DNA of 64,000 bases, taken from Rhizobiaceae bacterium (GTDB lineage Bacteria > Pseudomonadota > Alphaproteobacteria > Rhizobiales > Rhizobiaceae). Location: positions 2,507 through 66,506 of the forward strand of contig JAESUH010000070.1 in assembly GCA_016763155.1 (NCBI GenBank), written 5' to 3'. A model generated the notes under the pieces. It did not search any database and was not told where the DNA came from. It saw only the letters and a program-made list of their open reading frames with translations. The position numbers and the translations under genes were made by a program. Shown piece after piece: positions 20,542 to 31,300 of the stretch (within the stretch, counting starts at the first letter, position 1; every line of letters starts with the position of its first letter).

Positions 20542-21309
20542 ATGGATGTAATAAAATATGAGGTAGTGGGTGCTATTGCCACCATCACCTTGAACCGTCC
20601 AGAGGCAAGGAATGCATTTAACCGTGCGTTGCGCAGCGAGCTATTGGCAGCAATTGGCAAGGCGGAGGCCGATGAAGCCGTTCGCATTGTAATCCTTCAA
20701 GGTGAAGGGCGTGGGTTTTGTGCCGGGGCAGATTTGAGCGAAAAGCGCTACCAGCCTGTGGATGTGCAATTAGAAACTGAATATAAGCCGATCCTGCTTG
20801 CAATCATCGAGGGGCAAAAAATCTATATTGCCAGCGTATCGGGTGCAGCGGCTGGTATTGGTTCTGCACTGGCTATGAGTTGCGACATGATGTTTATGGC
20901 GGAAGATGCCTATATTTATCTGGCTTTTGCAGCAATTGGCCTGGTTCCTGATGGTGGCTCGAATTGGCATCTTCTAAACAAGCTTGGCAAAGTGCGTGCA
21001 TTTGAAACGATCGTCGAAGCGCGAAAAATGCCAGCAGCAGAGTGCTTGGAGCTTGGCATTGTCAATGCGGTTGTGCCGGTGGAAGAATTAAAACGCTATA
21101 CGTTGGAACGGGCAAAAAAGCTGGCGCTTGGCGCACCGCTTGCTCAAGCTGCGGTTAAGCGGCTATTGCGCGAAGCAGGCTCGCTATCGCTGGCTGAAAC
21201 AATGACAGCGGAAGCAAAAGAACAAAAAGCGCTGATTGAAAGCAAGGACTTTCAAAATGCGGTGAAATCCTTTTTTGAAAAACGTAAACCGGAATTTTCC
21301 GGCAACTAA
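20542..21309 (+). CDS. Enoyl-CoA hydratase/isomerase (crotonase) family protein
   Basis: Crotonase pattern (ITLNRPEARNAF, GRGFCAGADL). Confidence 0.9.
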   Translation: MDVIKYEVVGAIATITLNRPEARNAFNRALRSELLAAIGKAEADEAVRIVILQGEGRGFCAGADLSEKRYQPVDVQLETEYKPILLAIIEGQKIYIASVSGAAAGIGSALAMSCDMMFMAEDAYIYLAFAAIGLVPDGGSNWHLLNKLGKVRAFETIVEARKMPAAECLELGIVNAVVPVEELKRYTLERAKKLALGAPLAQAAVKRLLREAGSLSLAETMTAEAKEQKALIESKDFQNAVKSFFEKRKPEFSGN

Positions 21310-21323
21310 TTAGGGTATCGGCT

Positions 21324-22664
21324 ATGGATATTAAGGGTAAAACTGCGGCTGATCTTGGCAGGTTGATTGATGTAGGAAAAGTTGATCCTGTTGAACTTAC
21401 CCAGACCTATCTGGATGCTATTGCTGATTCAGAATATGGGCCGGATATCTATGTCCGTACAACGCCGGAAAGGGCGTTGTGCGAGGCCGCCAGTGCCAAA
21501 GACCGCGCCAAGCGCGGAATGCGCAAAAGCAAACTGGATGGAGTGCCAGTTTCCTGGAAAGATTTGTTTGATACGGCAGGGGTGGAAACCGAGGCCGGGT
21601 CTCAATTGCTGGCTGGGCGTGTTCCAGACAAGGATTGCGAAGTGTTGCGCAGGGCAGCAGAGGCCGGCTGTATCTGCCTTGGTAAGACCCATATGTCGGA
21701 ACTTGCCTTTTCCGGCCTTGGGGTAAATCCGAGGACTGCAACACCACCAAACCGGTTTGATCCTGCATTGGCTCCAGGTGGGTCTTCATCCGGAGCTGCA
21801 GCTTCAGTTTCGTATGATCTTGCGCCGATTGGCATTGGTTCTGATACGGGCGGTTCCGTGCGGTTGCCATCTGGCTGGAATGGTCTGGTGGGATTGAAAA
21901 CAACCCACGGTCTGATTTCAACGGAAGGGGTTGTGCCTCTTTGTCAAGGTTTTGATACTGTCGGGCCATTGGCAAGAAGTGTTGAAGATGCTGGCTTGAT
22001 GCATGAAATTTTGTCAGGGAATACTGTTGATTTTGACCAATTGCCAGATCTTTCGCAATGCCGGTTTTTGATTAGCGAAACTATCTACCTTGAAGGTTGT
22101 GATAGCCGCCAATTACAGGCATTTGAACTGGCGGTTGAACAATTGGCCAAGACCGGAGCAAAAATAGAATATGCGCCTGTTCCTGAAATTGCTGGGATAT
22201 TAGAACTGGCAAAAGATTTGTTCCCGTTTGAAGCTTACCGCGAATGGGGCGCTGAAATCGAAGCCAATCCAGATGCGATGTTTGAACCGGTGAAGAAACG
22301 CTTCATGGGGGGCAAATCAGTTACTCAGGAAACCTATGAAGTTGCAAATCAGAAAATGTTGGAATATCGTGAGTGCTATGATACGCGGCTTTCAGGCTTC
22401 GATGCAGCCCTTGCGCCGACCACTCCGAATAGTCCGCCACGGACAGACAAATTGCTTGCCGATATTGACTATTTTTGGGACGCAAATTTACTTGCCTTGC
22501 GTAATACACGAGTGGGAAACCTGCTTGGCCTGTGCGGATTGACCTTGCCAACTGCAACGGATAATGCCGGGTTGATGTTTCTTGCGACGCCTAATTCGGA
22601 AGAACGGTTGTTACAAATTGGCAGGGTTTGCGAAGGCGTTATTTTTGAGGGATACCAGCAATAA
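21324..22664 (+). CDS. Amidase (amidase-signature family, GatA-like)
   Basis: AS motif GGSSSGAAASV and GSDTGGSVRLP. Confidence 0.85.
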   Translation: MDIKGKTAADLGRLIDVGKVDPVELTQTYLDAIADSEYGPDIYVRTTPERALCEAASAKDRAKRGMRKSKLDGVPVSWKDLFDTAGVETEAGSQLLAGRVPDKDCEVLRRAAEAGCICLGKTHMSELAFSGLGVNPRTATPPNRFDPALAPGGSSSGAAASVSYDLAPIGIGSDTGGSVRLPSGWNGLVGLKTTHGLISTEGVVPLCQGFDTVGPLARSVEDAGLMHEILSGNTVDFDQLPDLSQCRFLISETIYLEGCDSRQLQAFELAVEQLAKTGAKIEYAPVPEIAGILELAKDLFPFEAYREWGAEIEANPDAMFEPVKKRFMGGKSVTQETYEVANQKMLEYRECYDTRLSGFDAALAPTTPNSPPRTDKLLADIDYFWDANLLALRNTRVGNLLGLCGLTLPTATDNAGLMFLATPNSEERLLQIGRVCEGVIFEGYQQ

Positions 22665-23919
22665 ATGTTTGTTTGACGGCGCGGTCATCTCCCATGATCA
22701 TCATCGCGAACAATACATCATGGATGGAATTTGAAAGGGCGTGACGTTCTTTCATAATTGGGGTGGCCTCAGGATCAAGTACGATAATATCTGCAAAACT
22801 ACCAGTATTCAGTGTGCCAATTTCCTGCTCCAGTCCGAGAACCCGCGCATTTCCAAGGCTTGCTGCGTAAAACGCATCATAGGCACTGATACGCTCGCCC
22901 GCCAATTGAGAAACGATATAGGCGTCGCGCATGGTCTCAAGCATGGAATAGCTTGTCCCGCCGCCAATATCGGTGCCCATGGCAATTGGTACATTGGCCC
23001 GATGGGTGTTGTGATATTTAAACAGGCCGGACCCCAGGAAATTGTTTGAAGTCGGGCAGTGGACAATAGCCGACCCGCTTTCTGAAAGGCGATCAAGTTC
23101 GCGTTGGCTGAGGTGGATACCATGCGCAAACATTGCCTTTTTTCCAAGCAGACCAAAATGATCGTAAACGTCAGTATAGTCTTTGCTGTCAGGGAAATCT
23201 TTTACCACGCTGGCAATTTCCGCGTGGTTTTCAGACAAATGAGTTTGCATCCAGGTATCAGGGTATTCTTTAAACAATGTACCTGCTGCATCCAATTGTG
23301 CTGGCGTGGAAGTTACTGCAAATCGTGGGCTAACCGCATAGCCAAGGCGGCCAGTCCCGGCCCATTTTTCAATGAGAGATTTCGACTGGTCATAAGCGGT
23401 AGTGGCCGTATCAAGCAAGCCGTCGGGAGCGTTGCGGTCCATCATGGTTTTGCCAGAAATCAACGCCATGTTCCGCGATTGCGCTTCGCTGAATAATGCA
23501 TCAAGCGCTACTTCATGGATGGTTGAAAAAGCAAGGCAGGATGTGGTGCCGTTACGAGCCAGTTCGTCAATGAAAAACGTCGCTGCTGCGGCTGCAATAT
23601 TAGCATCGCCATAGCGCTGTTCTTCAATAAATGTGTAGCGATTTAGCCAGTCGAGCAGGTCTTTGCCAAAGGCTGCAATCATGCGGTATTGGGGAAAATG
23701 CAAATGCGCATCGATGAATCCCGGCATGATGAGGCAATCGCCATAATTTTCACGGGGTAGGGAATCGTATTCTGCCGGGAGATCTGAGGCATTGCCACGC
23801 CATAAAATCTTCCCCTGATCCATCACCAAAGCGCCTTTAATGGTGTGGGAAAAGGGTTCGTTATCACCGATGATTGGATCAGATGTGAATTCCAGCAATT
23901 GGCCACATATTATTTGCAT
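22639..23919 (-). CDS. guaD: Guanine deaminase
   Basis: Amidohydrolase metal motif PGFIDAHLHFPQ, THLSEN, and about 426 aa, typical of GuaD. Its 3' end overlaps the convergent amidase by 26 nt. Confidence 0.8.
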   Translation of the reverse strand: MQIICGQLLEFTSDPIIGDNEPFSHTIKGALVMDQGKILWRGNASDLPAEYDSLPRENYGDCLIMPGFIDAHLHFPQYRMIAAFGKDLLDWLNRYTFIEEQRYGDANIAAAAATFFIDELARNGTTSCLAFSTIHEVALDALFSEAQSRNMALISGKTMMDRNAPDGLLDTATTAYDQSKSLIEKWAGTGRLGYAVSPRFAVTSTPAQLDAAGTLFKEYPDTWMQTHLSENHAEIASVVKDFPDSKDYTDVYDHFGLLGKKAMFAHGIHLSQRELDRLSESGSAIVHCPTSNNFLGSGLFKYHNTHRANVPIAMGTDIGGGTSYSMLETMRDAYIVSQLAGERISAYDAFYAASLGNARVLGLEQEIGTLNTGSFADIIVLDPEATPIMKERHALSNSIHDVLFAMMIMGDDRAVKQTFIAGIPQK

Positions 23920-24024
23920 AAAAATTCACTCGTAATGTTGGTTTAGCGTTCGATTTGATTTAGCTTAGGCTTTTAAGACCTAAATTGCGAAACAACTAAT
24001 TGCATATATTTTGCGGAGACAAAA

Positions 24025-25137
24025 ATGAAAACTAGAGCTGCCGTTGCATTTGAAGCAGGTAAACCACTGGAAATTTGTGAAGTCGATCTTGAAGGTCCTC
24101 GCGAAGGTGAAGTGTTGGTGGAAATTAAAGCTACCGGTATTTGCCACACAGATGAATTCACCAAATCTGGTGCTGACCCCGAGGGAATTTTCCCGGCCAT
24201 TTTAGGCCATGAGGGTGCCGGTGTGGTTGTGGAAGTGGGTGCTGGCGTTAAATCGCTGAAGGTTGGCGATCATGTCATTCCGCTTTATACGCCGGAATGC
24301 CGCGAATGCGACTATTGCCTCAACCCTAAAACAAATTTGTGCCAATCTATTCGTACAACTCAGGGTGCTGGCTTGATGCCGGATGGTACAAGCCGATTCT
24401 CTATTAATGGCAAGCCAATTTTCCATTATATGGGCACATCAACCTTTGCAAACCACACGGTTGTGCCGGAAATTGCTCTGGCCAAGGTTCGTTCTGACGC
24501 ACCATTTGAAAAGATTTGCTATATCGGTTGCGGCGTTACCACAGGTATTGGTGCTGTGATCAACACGGCTAAGGTTGAGGTTGGCTCCAGCGTGGTTGTG
24601 TTTGGTCTTGGCGGTATTGGACTGAATGTTATTCAGGGTGCCAAACTTGCTGGCGCGAATATGATTGTCGGGGTGGATATGAACCCATCCAAAAAGGAAT
24701 GGGGCGAGAAATTCGGCATGACCCATTTCGTCAATCCATCCGAGCTGGGTGAAGATGACCTGGTCAACCATATTGTGGAACTCACAGGTGGCGGTGCAGA
24801 CTATTCCTTCGAGTGCATAGGCAGTGTCAAAGTTATGCGTGCAGCACTTGAGTGCACACATAAGGGATGGGGCGAATCCATTATCATCGGTGTTGCAGGA
24901 GCGGGGCAGGAAATTTCCACACGTCCATTCCAATTGGTCACCGGTCGTACTTGGCGCGGCACAGCTTTTGGCGGTGCACGGGGTCGGACTGATGTTCCAA
25001 AAATCGTTGATTGGTATATGGAAGGTAAAATCCAGATTGATCCAATGATCACGCATATTCTGCCTTTGGAAGACATCAATAAAGGTTTTGACCTGATGCA
25101 TTCTGGCGAAAGCATTCGCAGTGTGGTGGTGTTTTAA
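24025..25137 (+). CDS. frmA: S-(hydroxymethyl)glutathione dehydrogenase / class III alcohol dehydrogenase
   Basis: MKTRAAVAFEAGKPLEI...GICHTDEFT...GHEGAGVV; 370 aa. Textbook class III ADH sequence. Confidence 0.93.
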   Translation: MKTRAAVAFEAGKPLEICEVDLEGPREGEVLVEIKATGICHTDEFTKSGADPEGIFPAILGHEGAGVVVEVGAGVKSLKVGDHVIPLYTPECRECDYCLNPKTNLCQSIRTTQGAGLMPDGTSRFSINGKPIFHYMGTSTFANHTVVPEIALAKVRSDAPFEKICYIGCGVTTGIGAVINTAKVEVGSSVVVFGLGGIGLNVIQGAKLAGANMIVGVDMNPSKKEWGEKFGMTHFVNPSELGEDDLVNHIVELTGGGADYSFECIGSVKVMRAALECTHKGWGESIIIGVAGAGQEISTRPFQLVTGRTWRGTAFGGARGRTDVPKIVDWYMEGKIQIDPMITHILPLEDINKGFDLMHSGESIRSVVVF

Positions 25138-25203
25138 GCCATCGCCAATTCGCAAATTTATATCGATGCAGATGCATGCCCGGTAAAGGATGAAACTTTC
25201 CGG

Positions 25204-25593
25204 GTGGCAGGGCGCTATGGTTTAAAAACCATCGTGGTATCCAATGGCGGCCTGCGCCCATCGCGTGATCCAATGATAGATAACGTGGTGGTTGCTGCCG
25301 GTGCGGATATTGCCGATGATTGGATTGCTGAACGCTGCGGCGAGGGGGATGTGGTGATCACGTCCGATATTCCGCTGGCCAAGCGATGCATTGATGCGGG
25401 GGCCCAAGTGCTTGGGCCTACGGGCAAATTATTTTCCAAAGAGAATATCGGCATGGCGTTAGCCATGCGTGATCTCAAACAGCAATTGCGTGAAAGCGGT
25501 GAAATCAAGGGCTATAATGCTTCGTTCACTCGCAGGGATCGCTCGGAATTTCTAAATTCTCTTGATCGAATTGTTACAAGCATTCTCAAATAA
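25204..25593 (+). CDS. YaiI/YqxD (DUF188) family protein. The true N-terminus probably lies upstream of the first canonical start (see finding).
   Basis: Matches the YaiI pattern (DVVITSDIPLA...). The conserved N-terminal IYIDADACP motif is encoded at 25156-25182, in frame, upstream of GVG-type start GTG 25204. Confidence 0.75.
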   Translation: MAGRYGLKTIVVSNGGLRPSRDPMIDNVVVAAGADIADDWIAERCGEGDVVITSDIPLAKRCIDAGAQVLGPTGKLFSKENIGMALAMRDLKQQLRESGEIKGYNASFTRRDRSEFLNSLDRIVTSILK

Positions 25594-25612
25594 TTTTTAA
25601 GGGTCGATTGCC

Positions 25613-26446
25613 ATGAAAACCATCTCCACCGCGAAATCCCATGGGGGAATTCAAGGGGTTTATTCTCACCATTCCACCGCCAATAATTGTGAAATGACCT
25701 TTGCCGTTTTCGTACCACCACAGGCAGCTGAACGACCTTGCCCTGTGCTTTGGTATCTATCTGGCCTCACCTGCAATCATTCCAATGTAATGGATAAGGG
25801 TGAATACCGTGCGGCAGCAGCAGAACACGGGGTCATTATTGTTTGTCCTGATACCAGCCCGCGCGGGGATGATGTGGCGGATGATCCTGATGATTGGCAA
25901 TTTGGCACGGGGGCTGGCTTTTATCTGGATGCTAGCGAGGAGCCCTATGCTGAGAACTATAATATGTATTCCTATGTGACTAAGGAATTGCCGGAAATTA
26001 TTGCGTCTGAATTTAATGCGGATATGTCGAAGCAAGGAATATTTGGCCATTCCATGGGTGGCCACGGGGCTTTGACGATCGCGCTGAAAAACCCGGATCG
26101 TTATACCAGCGTTTCCGCGTTTGCTCCCATTGCTGAACCAAGCAAAGCAGATTGGTCCGTTGGGGCTTTGGAAAAATATCTCGGCAATGATCAAAGTAAG
26201 TGGCGTGAATATGATACATGTTCATTGCTTGAAGACGGTCATAATTTGCCTGAAATACTGGTGGATCAGGGAGCAAAGGATGATCATTTGGTACGGCTTG
26301 CACCTGAAGCCCTCAAGGCTGCTTGCGAAAAAGCAGGTGTGGCGCTGACGCTTAATATGCGGGAAGGTTATGATCACTCTTACTTTTTTGTATCCAGTTT
26401 TATGGCATCGCAAATTGCCTGGCATGGCGCGCGTCTCAACGGTTAA
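25613..26446 (+). CDS. fghA: S-formylglutathione hydrolase (esterase D)
   Basis: GHSMGGHGA nucleophile elbow; 277 aa; FrmB/FghA-type sequence next to frmA. Confidence 0.93.
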   Translation: MKTISTAKSHGGIQGVYSHHSTANNCEMTFAVFVPPQAAERPCPVLWYLSGLTCNHSNVMDKGEYRAAAAEHGVIIVCPDTSPRGDDVADDPDDWQFGTGAGFYLDASEEPYAENYNMYSYVTKELPEIIASEFNADMSKQGIFGHSMGGHGALTIALKNPDRYTSVSAFAPIAEPSKADWSVGALEKYLGNDQSKWREYDTCSLLEDGHNLPEILVDQGAKDDHLVRLAPEALKAACEKAGVALTLNMREGYDHSYFFVSSFMASQIAWHGARLNG

Positions 26447-26627
26447 CCAGTCTAAAAGTCTCAAGAAATCTTGGGCTGGTCTTTGCGCCATATCGGGGCT
26501 ATCTTATGCAAATTATTTGATTGCGCCGAGGAGAATTGGCGCGTCACTGGGGCGCTTCTCGAAAGGGATATCGGATTTCGGATCGAAGTGCCTAAGACAT
26601 TAAGCGTAAACGCTGGAGGAATAAAAC

Positions 26628-28337
26628 ATGGCGAAGAAGAGCAAAAAGTTACCGGAGATTGAACGTCCATGGTTGAAGTCCTATCCGGACATCATTCCTG
26701 CTGAAATTTCTGAACTTGAACACGCATCCGTTGCGGATTTGCTGGAAGAATCCTGCCGGAAATTTGCCGCCCGCCCAGCCTTTAGCTGCATGGGCAAGAC
26801 CATGAATTATGACGAGTTGCTGGAGAAATCTGACAAGGTTGGCACCTGGCTTCAGGCCAAGGGCCTGGTCAAAGGCGACAGGGTGGCAATCATGATGCCG
26901 AACCTATTGCAATATCCAATTGTTTTGATGGGGATCTTGCGTGCTGGACTGACCGTTGTGAACGTCAATCCGCTTTATACCCCGCGTGAATTGAAGCACC
27001 AATTATCGGATAGTGGCGCGAAAGCGATATTCGTGTTGGAGAATTTTGCCTATACGGTTGAAGAGGTGTTGGATTCTGTTCCAACTGAGCATGTGGTCGT
27101 CACCAAAATGGGCGATTTGCTGGGAGGTCTAAAAGGCGCTGTCGTCAATATCGTTGTTAAACATGTCAAAAAACTGGTGCCGGCATGGTCCATTCCTGGT
27201 CATGAAACGATGAATGATGTGCTTGGTAGCAATAGCGGAAACACATCCTTTGTGCCTGTTCAAAGCGGACATGATGATATTGCCTTTTTGCAATATACAG
27301 GTGGGACAACGGGCGTTTCAAAAGGGGCAGCCCTTAGTAACCGGAATGTTTTATCGAATGCTGCACAAAATGATTTGTGGTTGAAGGTTCTCGATGGTGG
27401 TACAGGATTGCCTGAGCGGCCGATCTATATCTGTGCGCTGCCGCTCTATCATATTTTTGCCCTGACAGTGAATGCGATCATGGGAATGAATGTTGGCGCG
27501 CATAATGTTTTGATCCCAAATCCGCGAGATATTCCTGGCTTTGTGAAAGAACTTGCCAATTGGAAGTTTCATGTGTTTCCCGGCCTGAACACCTTGTTCA
27601 ATGGGCTGCTGAATAATGAAGATTTCCGCAAGCTGGATTTCAGTTCTTTGCTCTTGGCCCTTGGCGGAGGTATGGCGGTGCAACGTCCCGTTGCCGAGCG
27701 ATGGCATGACGTGACCGGTTGTAATATTTCAGAAGGTTACGGCCTTTCAGAAACCTCTCCGGTGGCGACAGCCAATCGTTTTGACCTAGAGAAATTTTCT
27801 GGCACGATTGGTTTGCCTCTTCCATCGACCGATATCGTTATTCGTGATGATGACGGGAAAGATTTGCCTCTTGGTGAAGTGGGTGAAATTTGTATTCGTG
27901 GGCCTCAGGTGATGGCTGGTTATTGGAACCGACCTGATGAGACTGAGAATGTTATGACCGAGGATAATTTCTTCAAATCGGGCGATTTGGGTTTTATGAA
28001 TGAAGCTGGGCAAACAACAATTGTTGACCGCAAAAAAGATATGATTCTGGTTTCAGGCTTTAATGTTTACCCCAATGAGATCGAAGAAGTGGCAGCAAGC
28101 CATGATGGTATTCTTGAAGCGGCGGCAATCGGTATTCCGGATGAACACTCTGGAGAAGTCGTTAAATTATTCGTTGTGAAGAGCGATGATAATTTAACGG
28201 AAAAAGATGTACGGGACTGGTGTGCCAAAAACCTTACCAATTACAAACGGCCAAAAGTAATTGAATTCCGCGATGAACTACCAAAAACCAATGTGGGCAA
28301 AATCCTTCGACGCCTATTGCGCGAAGGCGAAGAATAA
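26628..28337 (+). CDS. fadD: Long-chain fatty acid--CoA ligase
   Basis: FadD-like N-terminus (PWLKSYP), YTGGTTGVSKGA AMP motif, 569 aa. Confidence 0.9.
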   Translation: MAKKSKKLPEIERPWLKSYPDIIPAEISELEHASVADLLEESCRKFAARPAFSCMGKTMNYDELLEKSDKVGTWLQAKGLVKGDRVAIMMPNLLQYPIVLMGILRAGLTVVNVNPLYTPRELKHQLSDSGAKAIFVLENFAYTVEEVLDSVPTEHVVVTKMGDLLGGLKGAVVNIVVKHVKKLVPAWSIPGHETMNDVLGSNSGNTSFVPVQSGHDDIAFLQYTGGTTGVSKGAALSNRNVLSNAAQNDLWLKVLDGGTGLPERPIYICALPLYHIFALTVNAIMGMNVGAHNVLIPNPRDIPGFVKELANWKFHVFPGLNTLFNGLLNNEDFRKLDFSSLLLALGGGMAVQRPVAERWHDVTGCNISEGYGLSETSPVATANRFDLEKFSGTIGLPLPSTDIVIRDDDGKDLPLGEVGEICIRGPQVMAGYWNRPDETENVMTEDNFFKSGDLGFMNEAGQTTIVDRKKDMILVSGFNVYPNEIEEVAASHDGILEAAAIGIPDEHSGEVVKLFVVKSDDNLTEKDVRDWCAKNLTNYKRPKVIEFRDELPKTNVGKILRRLLREGEE

Positions 28338-28354
28338 GGCTCTAGCCGGCTGGA

Positions 28355-31300
28355 CTATTCAGCCGGTTCACCCACGGATTGATTTTTTGTCGCGTTTGCT
28401 GAGGGGGCCTTTAAGCCTTTCAACAGGTCGGCTTTATCGGCTTCCATTTTATCAACAGACGTTTCTTTGACCGGGCCATAGCCGCGCACTTTGGCGGGTA
28501 GGCTGGCGAGAGCCGTTATGGTAGCGCGGTTCTTTTTATCCATGCTTGGGATAAGGTCTGCCATCAGTTTTTCATAATCGGCGATGAGCTGGCGTTCCAT
28601 CTTGCGTTCTGGTGAATATCCAAAAATATCAAATGTTCCGCCGCGTAAGTTTTTAAATTTTGCCATGATTTTGAAAAGACGATGAGTCCAGGCACCGAAC
28701 TCTTTTTTTGCAGGACGTCCATTAGGAAGCGTTTCACCGCCAATTAATGGTGGGGCCAAATGGTAAGTCAGAGTGAAATCACCTTCGAACGTCTCTGCGA
28801 TTTGTTTGTCAAACGTACCATCGCTATGTAGCCGCGCCACTTCATACTCATCCTTATAGGATAGCAATTTGAAATAATTGCGAGCGATGGCATTGGTTAG
28901 ATCTTGTTTGCGCCCGATCTTTGCTTCGGCCTCTTTGGCACGGGTGACGAGTGCCCGATATTTATCCGCGAGCTTCTTATCTTGATAATCGATCAGGAAT
29001 TCTGCCCGACGATCAATGATTTGCTCCAGGGTTTCAGGCTCGCCAGATATCGTTTTTGCACCTGACAAAATTGCGTTGGCTTCGTCAGGATTAGCGGCAA
29101 ATCTACGGCCCCACAGGAATGCGGTTTTGTTGGCCTGAATGGCGATGCCGTTCAATTCTATCGCCTGTTCGATTGATGCATGTTTGAGGGGAAGAAGCCC
29201 CTTTTGACAGGCATAGCCGACCATCATGATGTTGGTTGAAATTGTGTCACCGCACACCAGTTCGGCGAGTTTGGTGAATTCCACCATGCCCGGATTATCG
29301 ATCGTATATTGCTTGATGGCATCTACAACGGATTGCTCTTTAAAATCAAAATCGCCGTCAAATACGAAATCTGAAACGGGGCTGAGATGGGTGTTGATAA
29401 CGGCGTTAGTGATATCTTTTGCATAAAGGGCAATGGAATTTTGATCTGCTGCCACTACGCTATCGGCTGCAAGCAGTAGGTTTGCTTCTCCGGTTATGAT
29501 TTGCGCTGATGAGACTAGATCAGGGGTTGGAGCCAGCCTTACATGGCTGAGCACGGCTCCGCCTTTTTGCGCCAGACCGGCCATATCGAGGATGATTGCC
29601 GCTTTATCTTCCAGATGAGCAGCCATGCCCAATATCGCGCCAATGGTTAGAACGCCGGTTCCACCAACGCCGGTGATGGCGATGTTGAAGACACCATTGA
29701 GCGGCAACACTTCTGGCTCCGGTAACGTTTCATCGCTTATTGCTGGCAATTGCGGCTTGCGCAAAGTGCCGCCATTTACGGTGACAAAGGAGGGACAGAA
29801 GCCGTTAATGCAGGAGAAATCTTTGTTGCAGCTGGATTGATTGATCTTACGCTTCCGGCCGAATTCTGTTTCCAGTGGTTCGACCGAAATACAGTTGGAT
29901 TGAACCGAACAGTCGCCGCAGCCTTCACAAACCAATGGGTTTATCACCACGTGTTTTTTTGGCGTTTCTGCCAAACCACGTTTGCGGCGGCGGCGCAATT
30001 CTGTGGCGCAGGTTTGATCGTAAATGATGGCGGTACAGCCCTCAACCTCGCGCAAGTGCTTTTGTACTTCGTCAAGATGTTCGCGAGAACGCATTTGCGT
30101 GCCATTGGCATAGGCGGAACGGGGGTAGCGGTCGGGATCATCCGATACCAACCAGACTTCCTTCACGCCTTCGGATTTTAATTGAAGTGATATCTGGACT
30201 GGGTTGAGATTGCCGTCATGTTGCTGACCGCCGGTCATAGCAACGGCGTCATTATAGAGAATTTTGTAGGTGACATTGGCACCTGAGGCGACCGCCTGGC
30301 GAATGGCCATGGAGCCTGAATGAAAATAGGTGCCATCGCCTAAATTTACGAACACATGTTTTTCATCAGTGAAGGGCGTAATGCCGGTCCAGCTAATGCC
30401 TTCACCGCCCATATGGGTGAAGGTTTCTGTGTGTCGGCCCATCCATACTGCCATGAAATGGCAGCCAATACCGGCCATGGCGCGACTGCCATCCGGCACT
30501 TTGGTCGAAGTGTTGTGGGGGCAACCAGAGCAAAAATGCGGTGTACGCACAATTGTATTTTCATGGGCAAGGCGAATATTGCTGCGCATTTCAAAATGGG
30601 CGAGTTTTTGTTTGATGAGCTTTTTCAAATTCGCTGGCAGATTGAGCTTCAACAAACGCGCAGCGATGATGCGCAGCGCAATGCCTGATGTCAGTTCATC
30701 ATGCAGGGAAATAATCTGTTCGCCGTTCTCGTCATATTTTCCGATTACGCGCGGCCGTTTTTTCTCAGGTAGGTTGAATAATTGATCCTTGAGTTGCCCT
30801 TCAATTATTTCTCGGCGTTCTTCGATAACAATAATTTCTTCTAGTCCAGTGGCGAATTCTCGAACACCTTCGGGTTCCAGAGGCCATGGCATGCGGACTT
30901 TAAACAGGCGAATTCCAAGCTTCTCTGCAGCGGCTTTATCTATGCCTAACTGGCGCAAAGCTTCACGCACGTTTTCATAGGCTTTGCCGGAAGAAATGAT
31001 ACCAAATCGTGGTTTCTTGCTGGTATAGATCAGTTGATTGACATTATTTGCCCGCGCAAAGGCAAGAGCTGCAAACACTTTGTAATCCTGAAGGCGGGCA
31101 TCCTGTTCAAGAATGCCATCGGGCCAACGTAAGTTCAGGCCGCCGGCTGGCATTTCAAAATCGGTGGGGATGATGAATTTTCTATCCTCGCCTGCAAGGT
31201 CTACAACGCCGGTGGTTTCAATCGTATCGGCAATCACCTTAAAGCCAACCCAGCAGCCGGAATAGCGGGACATGGCAATGCCAAGCAGACCAAGTTCGAT

